DNA of 64,000 bases. Source: an uncultured Pelagibacteraceae bacterium (GTDB lineage: Bacteria; Pseudomonadota; Alphaproteobacteria; Pelagibacterales; Pelagibacteraceae). Below, one piece after another: positions 47,374 to 57,250 of the stretch (its first letter is position 1; each line of letters opens with the position of its first letter). The translations under genes were made by a program, and so were the position numbers. The stretch is taken from NCBI GenBank assembly GCA_902595375.1, contig CACJPW010000002.1, positions 13,745 to 77,744 on the forward strand, given 5' to 3'. The notes under the pieces were generated by a model. That model searched no databases. It saw only the letters and a program-made list of their open reading frames with translations, and was not told where the DNA came from.

Positions 47374-48795
47374 ATGTCAAACTTTGTCTTTTACGATTTT
47401 GAGACCAGTTCATCTAATAAATATTGGGGCCAAATTATTCAAATTGGTGCTGTATTAACTAATGACAATTTAGAGGAATTAGATCGTTTTGATGCCAGGT
47501 GTAGATTAAGTCCTGGAATAATTCCAGAGGCTATGGCGCTGATCGTGAATAAGACCTCACCCTCGATGCTAAAAAAGTCCAACCTCTCTCATTATCAAAT
47601 GATTAGGCAGTTTGTTGAAACACTTAAAAGATGGGGTAAGGCTACTTATATTGGGTTCAATAGTATTGAGTTTGATGAAGAATTTTTAAGGTGCACTTTA
47701 TTTCAAACATTAGAATATCCTTACATCACTAGCACAAATGGAAACACTAGAGGAGATATCTTAAGTTTGGCAAGAGCCGCTAACTTGTATTACCCGAGTA
47801 CACTTAAAAATTCTGTTAACGAAAAAGGGAACGATGTATACAAATTAGATCAAATGGCACCGTTAAACGGAATTGAGCATGGAGATGCACATAGTGCAAT
47901 TGGTGATGTGATAGCAACTATTGGAATAGCGAAGTTAATTTCTAAAAAAGCCCCAAACGTTTGGAAAGCAAGCATGTTAACTATGGATAAAAATCAGTCT
48001 TTAGAGTTAATAAAAAAAGAATTACTTTTTTGTACCAATGAATATTTTTATGGGAGAAGCAGACCATATGTTCAAACGTTCATTTGTCAGCATCCTGAAT
48101 ACCAATGGCCATTATGTTTTGATTTAAGACATGATCCTTCTCCATATTTGGACATGCCAATTAAAGAATTGACTGCAGCTATGAAAAAACAACCAAAATT
48201 CATCAGAACTGTCAGACACAATAAACATCCAGTTATTATGAATCCATCTTATGGAAATCAATTTGATGAGTACAAGCTTATTGGTGCAAAAAAATTAGAG
48301 GAAAGAGCTAAAATGATAAAAAATAATGAAGCTTTTGCAGAAAAGGTTTCCTCAGTTAAACGATCTGAAATTGATGAAAAAGAACAAACAAAGTCACAAG
48401 AAGATTTATATAATGAGGAAAGTATTTACGCTAAATTTACCTCAACAGAAGATAATAAATTAATGCCAGAGTTTCATAGTGTTGAATGGAGTAAAAAACT
48501 TCAAGTTATCTCTAAATTTAAAGATGAGAGATTACAGTACTTTGGAAAAAAACTTCTTTACATGGAGAAACCTGAGATTTTGACTAAATCTGAATTTAAT
48601 TTAATTCATAAAGATATTTCAAAAAAACTATTAAGCACTAATAATGAAAACTGGAATACAATTCCAAGAACTTATTCAGAGATAGATACATTAAGAGCAA
48701 AATTTGAAAAAGAAAACCAACCAGAAAAACTAAAAATATTAGATGATATTAACGCATACGTTGAAGATTTAGAAAAATATTATTCATCTGCGTAG
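47374..48795 (+). CDS. sbcB: Exodeoxyribonuclease I (DEDDh)
   Basis: FYDFET, GFNSIEFDEE..R, AH.A..DV.AT; ExoI-length C-terminal domains. Confidence 0.82.
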   Translation: MSNFVFYDFETSSSNKYWGQIIQIGAVLTNDNLEELDRFDARCRLSPGIIPEAMALIVNKTSPSMLKKSNLSHYQMIRQFVETLKRWGKATYIGFNSIEFDEEFLRCTLFQTLEYPYITSTNGNTRGDILSLARAANLYYPSTLKNSVNEKGNDVYKLDQMAPLNGIEHGDAHSAIGDVIATIGIAKLISKKAPNVWKASMLTMDKNQSLELIKKELLFCTNEYFYGRSRPYVQTFICQHPEYQWPLCFDLRHDPSPYLDMPIKELTAAMKKQPKFIRTVRHNKHPVIMNPSYGNQFDEYKLIGAKKLEERAKMIKNNEAFAEKVSSVKRSEIDEKEQTKSQEDLYNEESIYAKFTSTEDNKLMPEFHSVEWSKKLQVISKFKDERLQYFGKKLLYMEKPEILTKSEFNLIHKDISKKLLSTNNENWNTIPRTYSEIDTLRAKFEKENQPEKLKILDDINAYVEDLEKYYSSA

Positions 48796-48829
48796 TTGAC
48801 AAAAAATGAAAAATACTTAATTAAAGGTT

Positions 48830-49147
48830 ATGGCATTTAAAGATTCTACAGACGAAAAGTTTAGTGAACAAATTGGTGGAAGCAAACTTTCATTAATTCA
48901 ATTTTCAGCTTCATGGTGTGGACCATGTCAACAGCTAAAGCCAATAGTGGAAAAAATATCAAATGATATGTCGGATAAGATAAATTGTTATTATCATGAT
49001 ATTGAAAGTCAGCCTAACGAGCCAACCAAATACTCTGTAAGAGGCGTGCCTACAATTCTTTTATTCAAAGAGGGAAAACTTTTGGGAACAAAAGTAGGGG
49101 CTTCAAGCGAAAAGGATATGCTCGAATTTATTAAACCACATATCTAG
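48830..49147 (+). CDS. trxA: Thioredoxin
   Basis: WCGPC and VRGVPT motifs. Confidence 0.95.
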   Translation: MAFKDSTDEKFSEQIGGSKLSLIQFSASWCGPCQQLKPIVEKISNDMSDKINCYYHDIESQPNEPTKYSVRGVPTILLFKEGKLLGTKVGASSEKDMLEFIKPHI

Positions 49148-50406
49148 TTTTGATTTAAAATATTTCCACAATTATAAAGACTACCAAAACAAACGATAAG
49201 TTTTTTTTCATCACTACTTATTTTCTTTAATGCTTCCGAAAAGTTTTTGCTTTTTTCTGAATTAAATTTATTTCTTGCCGCTATTTTTAAAAGTTTACTC
49301 GCTGAGATCGAGTTGTATTCATTTTCAATTGGCATAGTAACAATTTTTTTAAATACCCCTTTAAGCTGTTTTATAAACAGATCTGGCTCTTTATTTTTAG
49401 TCATGGCCCAAATACCATATTTAGGAGTCTTTATATCTTTTAAATAAACTGCTAAGTTTTTTGCATCAGCAACTGCATGTGCTCCATCAATCATTATGAT
49501 TTCATTCTTAAATAGTTTATTTTTAATTTTACCTTTATTTAAAAAATGGAATCGACCTTCAAAAAAAAGAGAAGGCAAAGATTTTTGAATAACTTTTTTT
49601 TCAATATTAAGATCTAGGGCAACTTTTATTGCTAAACAAACATTTTCAAACATCCCTCTTGAGTAAACATGTTTTGTATTTAGTTTAATTTTGTTTCTTT
49701 TATCAATGTAGTAATAAAAATTATTCTTTTTAATTAATTTCCATGTATTAGGGTATACGATTTTACTGGTATTATTTTTTAAATGACCTCTAATTTTTTT
49801 CAAGACATATGGTGATTGTTTACCTACATAAATACTTGTGAAATTATTTAGAAAACCTACATCTTCTTTTATAACCTCATCCAAAGTTTTTTTTTTTAAA
49901 AAATTTAAGTGTTGTTTATTGATATTGGTACAAATTTGAAGTCTCGGAAAATCGTTAATGTTATTCGAGTCTAGTCTCCAAAGTGCTCCTGTTTCTTGAA
50001 TATTGTAATCAGCATTTATTTTTGATGCATTAATAATATAAATTAAAGTGAGACACTCAAAAACTGTTAATGGGATATTTAAATTTTCTATTTTCTTAAT
50101 AGTTTCTTTAATTTTTTTATAAGATAAGTATTTATTACCCATGTTAAATCTTTCCCTTATATTTCTTAGAGAAGGTGAAATATGTGCTGTTACTGTTTGA
50201 TTGTTCGCTTCAATAAATGTTTTTAAGGAAAACAGCGTAGTGAATTTTCCAGACTCACCTATAATCGAAATTACATTTTTAAGTTTTCTCTCTGGATTTC
50301 CCAATAAACTAAGAGCTAATTTAATTCTCTTAAGACCAAACTTTACTGATTTATTAAATAATTTATGATTAGCTAGCTGATTGTAAAGATTGATCGACTG
50401 TAACAT
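49144..50406 (-). CDS. folC: FolC-like dihydrofolate synthase/folylpolyglutamate synthase, divergent
   Basis: LGNP, SP.L...RER, FE.LT, RLD, GR, DGAH, GSLY motifs; canonical position after accD. Confidence 0.8.
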   Translation of the reverse strand: MLQSINLYNQLANHKLFNKSVKFGLKRIKLALSLLGNPERKLKNVISIIGESGKFTTLFSLKTFIEANNQTVTAHISPSLRNIRERFNMGNKYLSYKKIKETIKKIENLNIPLTVFECLTLIYIINASKINADYNIQETGALWRLDSNNINDFPRLQICTNINKQHLNFLKKKTLDEVIKEDVGFLNNFTSIYVGKQSPYVLKKIRGHLKNNTSKIVYPNTWKLIKKNNFYYYIDKRNKIKLNTKHVYSRGMFENVCLAIKVALDLNIEKKVIQKSLPSLFFEGRFHFLNKGKIKNKLFKNEIIMIDGAHAVADAKNLAVYLKDIKTPKYGIWAMTKNKEPDLFIKQLKGVFKKIVTMPIENEYNSISASKLLKIAARNKFNSEKSKNFSEALKKISSDEKKLIVCFGSLYNCGNILNQN

Positions 50407-51283
50407 TGGATACTTGTTTAGCTTGAGCTTCAGCTTTTTTCAATAAAACATTTAACAAAGTTCCGATTGTTGAATTTAAATATTTTCTTTCAATAACTAA
50501 ATCTATGCCACCGTGATCTTTTACATACTCAGCGGTTTGAAATTCTTCTGGCAATGTCTCCTTTACGGTATCTTGAATTACTCTTCTCCCAGCAAAACCA
50601 ATTGTGGCTTTTGGCTCTGCAATTAAAATATCTCCTAGCATTGCCCAAGATGCAGTTACTCCACCTGTGGTAGGGTTTGTAAGAACAACAATATAAGGTA
50701 TATTTTTTTTCTTAAGTTCGTTTACAGCTAGAGCAGTCCTAGGCATTTGCATTAAAGCAATTGAACTTTCCATCATTCGCTGACCACCGGAACAGCTAAA
50801 AAAAATTAAAGGTTTATTATTTTCAATAGCTTGTTGAACGCCGGTAATAAAAGCTTCACCAGAAGCAGCTCCAAAAGATCCACCTATAAATCTAAAATCT
50901 TGAGCTCCTACTATGACTTCAGTATTTTGTACTTTACCTTTTGCAATTGCAACAGCGTCGTCTTGACTCGTAATTTTTCTAGCTGATTTTAATCTATCCA
51001 TATATTTTTTTTTATCTGCGAAATTTAATGGATCATCTTTGGGAAGGGGTGTTTCAATCAATTCATATTCTTTGTTATCAAAAAAGGTCTCAAACCTTTC
51101 TCTGCAAGTTAACTTATGATGTGCACCACATTTAGGACAACACTTTTGATTTGAATTTAAATCTTCTTTATAAATTAAATTCTTACATCCACATGTAGTC
51201 CAAAGATTTTCTTCAATCTTTGAGGATCTTTTTTCAAATAAGGCTTTGATTTTTGGTTTTATAAATTTTGTTATCCAATTCAT
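50369..51283 (-). CDS. accD: Acetyl-CoA carboxylase carboxyltransferase beta subunit
   Basis: Zn-finger N-terminus; GGS.G, SGG.RM.E, PTTGGVTAS, FAG.RVI, FQTAE motifs. Confidence 0.95.
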   Translation of the reverse strand: MNWITKFIKPKIKALFEKRSSKIEENLWTTCGCKNLIYKEDLNSNQKCCPKCGAHHKLTCRERFETFFDNKEYELIETPLPKDDPLNFADKKKYMDRLKSARKITSQDDAVAIAKGKVQNTEVIVGAQDFRFIGGSFGAASGEAFITGVQQAIENNKPLIFFSCSGGQRMMESSIALMQMPRTALAVNELKKKNIPYIVVLTNPTTGGVTASWAMLGDILIAEPKATIGFAGRRVIQDTVKETLPEEFQTAEYVKDHGGIDLVIERKYLNSTIGTLLNVLLKKAEAQAKQVSNVTVDQSLQSAS

Positions 51284-52080
51284 AAGATCTTTTTTTTTAA
51301 ATTGTACACAATTTTAACTAATTTTGTGACAGGATTTTGTCTCATTTTGAGTGAATTAGTTATAGTTTTACACAATAAGCTACCCACTACAAGGCCATTC
51401 ACTGATTTTAATGATTTAATCGTTTTATTAGTGATTCCAAAGCCTATGACCAGGTTTTTTTTTGGGTTTATCTTTTTTATCTTATTATAGCTTTTTAAGA
51501 TTTTTTTTGGAGAAACTTTTAATTTTCCACCTGTAGTTGACAGCATCGAAATATAATAAATCATATCATGAGAGTCCTTAATAATTTTTTTCATTCTATG
51601 TTTAGATGTTGTAGGCGATAAAAGTTGAATAAAATTAATTGACTTTTTTTTGCATTTTTTAGCGAATTCTTTATTTTCAGGCCAAGGTAGATCTACTACT
51701 ATTAAACCATCAACTCCGGACTCTTTACAAAATTTCAAAAATTTATTTTCTCCCATTTGAAAAATTAAATTAAAATAACCCATCAAAATAATCGGTTTAT
51801 CAGGTTTAATCTTTTTAAACTTTTTAGCTATTTGAAAAACATCACGAAGTTTAATTCCATTCTGTATAGCACGATGTGAGCTCTCCTGTATTTGACCACC
51901 ATCCGCTACAGGTGTGTTATGTGGAAAACCAAGTTCAAGAATATCTGCGTATCTTGAAATAGCAGTTAATATCTTTAAGGAATTAGATTTATTATTATCA
52001 CCAGCAACTGTATATGTAATTAGAGCAGCTCTTTTTTCTTTTTTACATTGATCAAAAACAAGATTAATTTTTGATTTCAT
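51280..52080 (-). CDS. trpA: Tryptophan synthase alpha chain
   Basis: ELGFP...P.ADG..IQ, MGY.N, DLP, GFGI, VVGS motifs. Confidence 0.9.
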   Translation of the reverse strand: MKSKINLVFDQCKKEKRAALITYTVAGDNNKSNSLKILTAISRYADILELGFPHNTPVADGGQIQESSHRAIQNGIKLRDVFQIAKKFKKIKPDKPIILMGYFNLIFQMGENKFLKFCKESGVDGLIVVDLPWPENKEFAKKCKKKSINFIQLLSPTTSKHRMKKIIKDSHDMIYYISMLSTTGGKLKVSPKKILKSYNKIKKINPKKNLVIGFGITNKTIKSLKSVNGLVVGSLLCKTITNSLKMRQNPVTKLVKIVYNLKKKIL

Positions 52081-53303
52081 CTTATGTAAGATCCTAATTT
52101 ATTTTTTATTATATCCTTATCTTTTATTGAGTCTCCACAACTATTAACAATTATGATATCCGAAAAATTTAGTTTCGGCGCAAGTCTAATTGCTTCTGCA
52201 AAAGCATGAGAGGGTTCTAAAGATGGAGAAATATTTTCTAATCTAGAAACTAGTTTAAAAGCTTTTAATGCTTCTTCGTCACTAGCAGATGTATATCTCG
52301 CTCTCCTTGCATCTTTCAAATAACAATGTAAAGGGGATATTCCTGGATAATCTAAACCTGCAGAAATAGACTCAGTCAAACCTATTTGACCCTCTTTATC
52401 TTGTACAACGTATTGAGCGGCTCCATGTAAAATTCCAATTTTAGAACTATTAGTAAGTGGAGCAGCATGCAATTTACTTTTTTTTGGCCCACCAGCCTCC
52501 ACACCAATAAATTCTGCGTCAGTATCCATGAATTCATTCCAAAATCCCATAGCCGAACTACCTCCTCCTACGCAATTAATTAATCTCATTTTTTTCGGTA
52601 ATTTGCCGAACTCATCTTTGACTTGATGAATTAATTCTCTTGAAATTTGGGCAGTGCTCCAAGCACAAATTTTGATAAAAATATTTGGACCAACTGTTGA
52701 TCCAACACACATATGTGTTGTATCACAATTAGAAACCCAATAACGCATACATTCACTGACTGCATCAACTAAAGTTTGACTCCCTGTTTTTACAGGAACA
52801 ATAATTGCCCCATTTTTCTTTATTGCATCAACATTCGGTTTCTGCCTTGATATATCCTTTGCACCCATAAAAATTTTACATTTTAGACCGAATTTTTTGG
52901 CGGCCATTGAAAGCATTTTTCCAGCATAACCTGCTCCAGTGTCACCAATAATATATTTTTTACCTGCCTTTCTAGCAATCAAACAATGCACTGTAGCATT
53001 ATAAATTTTATGAGCTCCACCATTAGCCTCTGAAACAACTTTAGCATAAATTTGAGCACCTTTAAGATGATCAGATAAATTTTCTAATTTTATGAATGGA
53101 GTTGGTGCACCTACGTAGTTTTCAAAATAATAGTTTCGCTCTTTTATAAACTTCTTATCTTTTCTTAATTTTTCAAATAAATTTGTTAAATCCTCAATAG
53201 GTTTTTTTAGTGTTTCAGGTACAAAATTACCTCCAAATTTTCCACCATACATAAAATTCTTGTCATGCTGGTCAATTAAAGCAATACCTTTTTTAATTCT
53301 CAT
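52077..53303 (-). CDS. trpB: Tryptophan synthase beta chain, divergent
   Basis: FGG.FVPETL, GAHK (PLP Lys), TGAG, CVGGGS, SISAGLDYPG, LE.SHA motifs; between trpF and trpA. Confidence 0.88.
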   Translation of the reverse strand: MRIKKGIALIDQHDKNFMYGGKFGGNFVPETLKKPIEDLTNLFEKLRKDKKFIKERNYYFENYVGAPTPFIKLENLSDHLKGAQIYAKVVSEANGGAHKIYNATVHCLIARKAGKKYIIGDTGAGYAGKMLSMAAKKFGLKCKIFMGAKDISRQKPNVDAIKKNGAIIVPVKTGSQTLVDAVSECMRYWVSNCDTTHMCVGSTVGPNIFIKICAWSTAQISRELIHQVKDEFGKLPKKMRLINCVGGGSSAMGFWNEFMDTDAEFIGVEAGGPKKSKLHAAPLTNSSKIGILHGAAQYVVQDKEGQIGLTESISAGLDYPGISPLHCYLKDARRARYTSASDEEALKAFKLVSRLENISPSLEPSHAFAEAIRLAPKLNFSDIIIVNSCGDSIKDKDIIKNKLGSYIR

Positions 53304-53910
53304 AGTTTATCTTTTTAATAACTTTTATAAATTTTTTGATTTTTTTTATATCTTTTACTTTATTTGTTTCTAAAGCGCCAGAAACATCAACAATATCAGT
53401 TAAATTAATCAAATTATTTAGCTCGCTTAATTTTATATTGCCAGCAATCATTTTTTGCCTGTTTATTGAAACATCCTTTATCCAATTAAAATCCCAACTT
53501 AAACTTTCTGCATATCCTGAGCTATCCCAAAGAATTATATCCGCTCCATTTTTTATTGATTTATATTTTTCAGCATCTTCTCGCTTCTTTACTTGTATAG
53601 AAAATATTATTTTTTTTTTAAATTTTTTTCTTATTCTGATAAGATCTTGGTTACTATAATTTCCATATAGTTGAAAATAATCTAGTCGCAATTTTGAAAA
53701 TATACTTAGCTCTTGTTCATTTGGGTTAACTAAAACTCCAACATAACTAGATTTTTTTTTTGGTACGTTTGTAAGTTGCTTAGCTTTATTAAACGGAATA
53801 AATCTATGGCTTTTTGGATAGTTTAAAATAAAACCGCAAAAATCAACATAATTAGAAACACAAGTTTCAACTTCTTTTAATCTTGAAAGTCCACAAACTT
53901 TAAGTTTCAT
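53293..53910 (-). CDS. trpF: Phosphoribosylanthranilate isomerase
   Basis: KVCGL, GFI...KS.R, QL.G, DVS...E motifs; start moved to MKLKV. Confidence 0.88.
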   Translation of the reverse strand: MKLKVCGLSRLKEVETCVSNYVDFCGFILNYPKSHRFIPFNKAKQLTNVPKKKSSYVGVLVNPNEQELSIFSKLRLDYFQLYGNYSNQDLIRIRKKFKKKIIFSIQVKKREDAEKYKSIKNGADIILWDSSGYAESLSWDFNWIKDVSINRQKMIAGNIKLSELNNLINLTDIVDVSGALETNKVKDIKKIKKFIKVIKKINYEN

Positions 53911-54601
53911 TTTCAAGTAATTTAACAAGTTTTTTAATATTCTTTTTTATATTTCCTCTAATTAAACTACGTCCAATTACAAGTGAAGTCGCTCCATTTT
54001 TGAAACTTTTTTGAGGTGTCATTACTCTTTTTTGATCTCCTTCGCTGTCCCCAGGCAATCTAATACCAGGTGTGATGATTTCCATATTTTTACATACCTT
54101 TTTAACATACTTAGCCTCATAACCTGAGCAAACTATGCCATCTAATTTAGCTGACTTTGCAATGGAAGCTTGCTTTTTGACTATATCCTTTATCGGACTT
54201 TTGTAACCTATTTTTCTAATGCCGCTATCAGATAAACTTGTAAGAATAGTAACACCTAATATCTTCAAATTTTTGTTAACTTTTTTAGATACTTTTTTAA
54301 TTGACTTTAGCATTTCTAATCCTCCATTAATATGAACAGTAAGGTAGGAAATATTTTTTAAATCTCTAAGGGAGTAAATCGCAGACTCACATGTATTAGG
54401 TATGTCATTTAGTTTTAAATCAAGAAATATATATTCATTTTTAAGTTTAGAAATAAAAGATCTTCCATTAGGACTTAGAAAAAACTCTAATCCAAATTTG
54501 TAACCAACTTTTAATTTAACATTTTTAGTGTTTTTAATAATTCTATTAACTTTTTTTGTGTTTGAAGTATCACAGGCTATAAAAATTTTTGGCTTTTTCA
54601 T
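53900..54601 (-). CDS. pyrF: Orotidine-5'-phosphate decarboxylase
   Basis: DLKLNDIPNT, VTILTS, TPGIR, DQKR, VIGR motifs. Confidence 0.95.
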   Translation of the reverse strand: MKKPKIFIACDTSNTKKVNRIIKNTKNVKLKVGYKFGLEFFLSPNGRSFISKLKNEYIFLDLKLNDIPNTCESAIYSLRDLKNISYLTVHINGGLEMLKSIKKVSKKVNKNLKILGVTILTSLSDSGIRKIGYKSPIKDIVKKQASIAKSAKLDGIVCSGYEAKYVKKVCKNMEIITPGIRLPGDSEGDQKRVMTPQKSFKNGATSLVIGRSLIRGNIKKNIKKLVKLLENET

Positions 54602-54879
54602 TTATTTATTATTTTTTTTAATTTACTACTAGCCCTAAATCTTACCTTATTTTTTTCAGGAATATAAATCAATTTTCCCGTTGCAGGGTTTCTTCCTGCT
54701 AATTTTGCTTTTAATCTCCTAACAAAAAATGTTCCAAAACCCCGCAACTCAATATTTTTCCCTTCACTCAATACATTTTGTATATTTTTGCAAAAAATAT
54801 TTAATATATCTTCAGCGTCTGAATTAGTTAGTTCCGGATTATTTTTTTTTAAATTTTTAATTAGACTTTGTCTTGACAA
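54598..54879 (-). CDS. ihfB: Integration host factor beta / HU-family DNA-binding protein
   Basis: IELRGFGTF, GRNP.TG motifs; directly after rpsA; TTG start. Confidence 0.85.
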   Translation of the reverse strand: MSRQSLIKNLKKNNPELTNSDAEDILNIFCKNIQNVLSEGKNIELRGFGTFFVRRLKAKLAGRNPATGKLIYIPEKNKVRFRASSKLKKIINK

Positions 54880-56601
54880 TTATTTATCTTTTTTTTCCTT
54901 TTTCCCTATTGCCTTTTCAAAGATACCTTTCAATGTAGCACCTGATTTAGTGGCTCCTGCACCGAATTTAGCTATCAAAGACTTTTCCTCATCAATTTGA
55001 GCAGCTTTTACACTCAATTTAATTTTTCTAGTTTTAAGGTCTATTTCAATAATTTTAGCATCCAAGGCATTACCGGGTGAAAAAACTTCTGGACGTGCAT
55101 CAGCAGAATCTTTCGCTAAGTCGGCCTTTCTAATTGGCACAATTAGGTTTTTGTCTTTGTCGATTGACACCTTTACTCCAGTTTTCATTACCTCATGAAT
55201 TCTTGTCGTAATTATATCCCCTACATTCTTATTGTTATCTTTAAACCAACTCATAGGATCTTTATCTAGAGCTCTTTTAGAAAATTTTATCTTCTCGTCT
55301 TTTACTTCTAATATTTTTACATCCAATGTGTCATTTTTTTTATATTTTTTAAGATCTTCGATATTTTCTTCGTATGAAATTTCTTTATAGTGAAGCATAC
55401 CAGACAGACCATATTCAGATAATTCACCAAATATCGCCTTATCGGTTACATTAATTATTTTTATTTTAAAAATTTCACCTTGTTTTTCTTTAAGTTTTTC
55501 CCAAGGATTTTCTAATGTAGCTTTATATGATAATGAAATTCTTTTGGTATCTTTATCAATATTTACTATTTTAAATTTAATTTTTTGAGAAACAGACAAA
55601 ACTTTATTAGGTTTTATATTTCTGTTTGACCAATCTAATTCAGAGTTATGTATTAGGCCTTCAATTCCATCCTCAATACTTACAAAACAACCATAATCCA
55701 TTAATTTTGTGATAGTGCCTTCATAAATTTCACCAACTTTATATTTCTTATCAATATTTGCATATGGATCTTCAGTTAAAGCCTTAACTGATGCAGAAAC
55801 TCTGTTAGTTTTCTCATCTATTTTAGTAATTTTTACTTTTAATTTTTGACCTATAGTAACTAAGTCGGAAGGTTTTTTCACACGACCATGACTTAAATCT
55901 GAAACATGTAATAATGCATCGACCCCATTTATATCTAAAAATATTCCCCAGTCGGTAGTCGCTTTAACAATAGCATTTTCAACTATGTCTCCTGCTTTTA
56001 TGTTTTTCAAAGCTTCGGTAATTTCTGCATTTTTACTTTTTTCTAATACTGCCCGTCTTGATACACAAACATTACCTCTATTCTTATCAATTCTGGTTGC
56101 AATTACTTTTAATGGAGTGTTCATTAGATGATCAATTCTTTTTAATGGTCTTACATCAATTTGTGAGGATGGCATAAAACATGGAAGACCTTCCACAGTT
56201 GCAATAAATCCGCCCTTAACTTTTCCTGTAATGTATCCGGTCATTTCTTCTTGAGTTTCAAAAACTTTTTCCATTTTTTTCCAAGCTTTCATCTTTCTAG
56301 CTTTATCTCTAGATATTACTATCTCACCTCTGAAGCTTTCGATTCTCTCAAGATAAACATCAATTTTAGAGCCCACTTTAAGTTTTGACAATTCATCATC
56401 ATTTTTAAATTCCTCTATTGGTATCATTCCCTCCATCTTCGCTTTACAGTCAACAACTATAAAGTTTTTAGTTATTTCAGTGACAGTTGCCTTAATAATC
56501 TCATTTTCTTTAAGTTTTCTGTCTGCAAAATCTTTATCTAATAAATTTTGAAATTCTTTTTGAGTTGGACTGTTCTTTTCTAGTTCTTGTTCAATTGCCA
56601 T
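54880..56601 (-). CDS. rpsA: 30S ribosomal protein S1
   Basis: Six S1 repeats; KVKGG, F.P.SQID.RP, LLHVSD, GLIH.SE motifs. Confidence 0.96.
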   Translation of the reverse strand: MAIEQELEKNSPTQKEFQNLLDKDFADRKLKENEIIKATVTEITKNFIVVDCKAKMEGMIPIEEFKNDDELSKLKVGSKIDVYLERIESFRGEIVISRDKARKMKAWKKMEKVFETQEEMTGYITGKVKGGFIATVEGLPCFMPSSQIDVRPLKRIDHLMNTPLKVIATRIDKNRGNVCVSRRAVLEKSKNAEITEALKNIKAGDIVENAIVKATTDWGIFLDINGVDALLHVSDLSHGRVKKPSDLVTIGQKLKVKITKIDEKTNRVSASVKALTEDPYANIDKKYKVGEIYEGTITKLMDYGCFVSIEDGIEGLIHNSELDWSNRNIKPNKVLSVSQKIKFKIVNIDKDTKRISLSYKATLENPWEKLKEKQGEIFKIKIINVTDKAIFGELSEYGLSGMLHYKEISYEENIEDLKKYKKNDTLDVKILEVKDEKIKFSKRALDKDPMSWFKDNNKNVGDIITTRIHEVMKTGVKVSIDKDKNLIVPIRKADLAKDSADARPEVFSPGNALDAKIIEIDLKTRKIKLSVKAAQIDEEKSLIAKFGAGATKSGATLKGIFEKAIGKKEKKDK

Positions 56602-57250
56602 ATTTCGTTTTTATAATTTTTTCTACATATTTTGACATTTTGGCTAACATAGCTTTTTTATTCAATTTACCGGTGTCGATTTCTATCGAATCTCTATGTT
56701 TAAGTAAAGGGGAGTTTTTCCTTTTAGTATCTAAAATATTTCTGATTTTAAGGGACTTTTTAACATCTTTTAGTTTTATCTTTGAATTAATTTTTTTTAG
56801 TTCTTTAAACCTTCTAGATGCTGCAAGGTTTAATTTACATATAAAAAAAAACTTAATATCTGAATTTGGGAGTATTTTTGTTGCAATATCTCTTCCTTCA
56901 ATACAACAGGCTCTGTTTTTTTTTGAAAAACTGTTTTGATAATTTTTTAATATTTTTCTGATTTTATTTATTTTAGCAATCTCTGCACTATACTCAGATA
57001 TTTTATTCGTGTGGAGATTATTTTCCTCAAGTTTCTCATATTTAAGATTTTTAAATTTGTTAAATAAAAATTTTATTTTATTTTTTGGTTTATGTTTCAA
57101 AATTAAATATGCAGCATATCTGTAAAGTAAGCCGGAAGATAAAAATTTTAAATTGTATTTTTTTGCAATCATTTTTGCACCTGTGGATTTTCCTGTAGCA
57201 GCGCCGCCATCACATGCAATTTGAATTAATTTAGAACTTTTTTTTTTCAA
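56591..57250 (-). CDS. cmk: Cytidylate kinase
   Basis: DG..A.GKST, SG..YR, EGRDI, SPL motifs; aroA-cmk-rpsA order. Confidence 0.9.
   Translation of the reverse strand: MKKKSSKLIQIACDGGAATGKSTGAKMIAKKYNLKFLSSGLLYRYAAYLILKHKPKNKIKFLFNKFKNLKYEKLEENNLHTNKISEYSAEIAKINKIRKILKNYQNSFSKKNRACCIEGRDIATKILPNSDIKFFFICKLNLAASRRFKELKKINSKIKLKDVKKSLKIRNILDTKRKNSPLLKHRDSIEIDTGKLNKKAMLAKMSKYVEKIIKTKYGN

Noticed and set aside
44285-48795. rlmN-ARH-rmuC-ExoI as an anti-phage defence island
   Set aside because: The genes are housekeeping-type, composition looks like the flanks, and there are no mobility genes, toxins or ADP-ribosyltransferase nearby.
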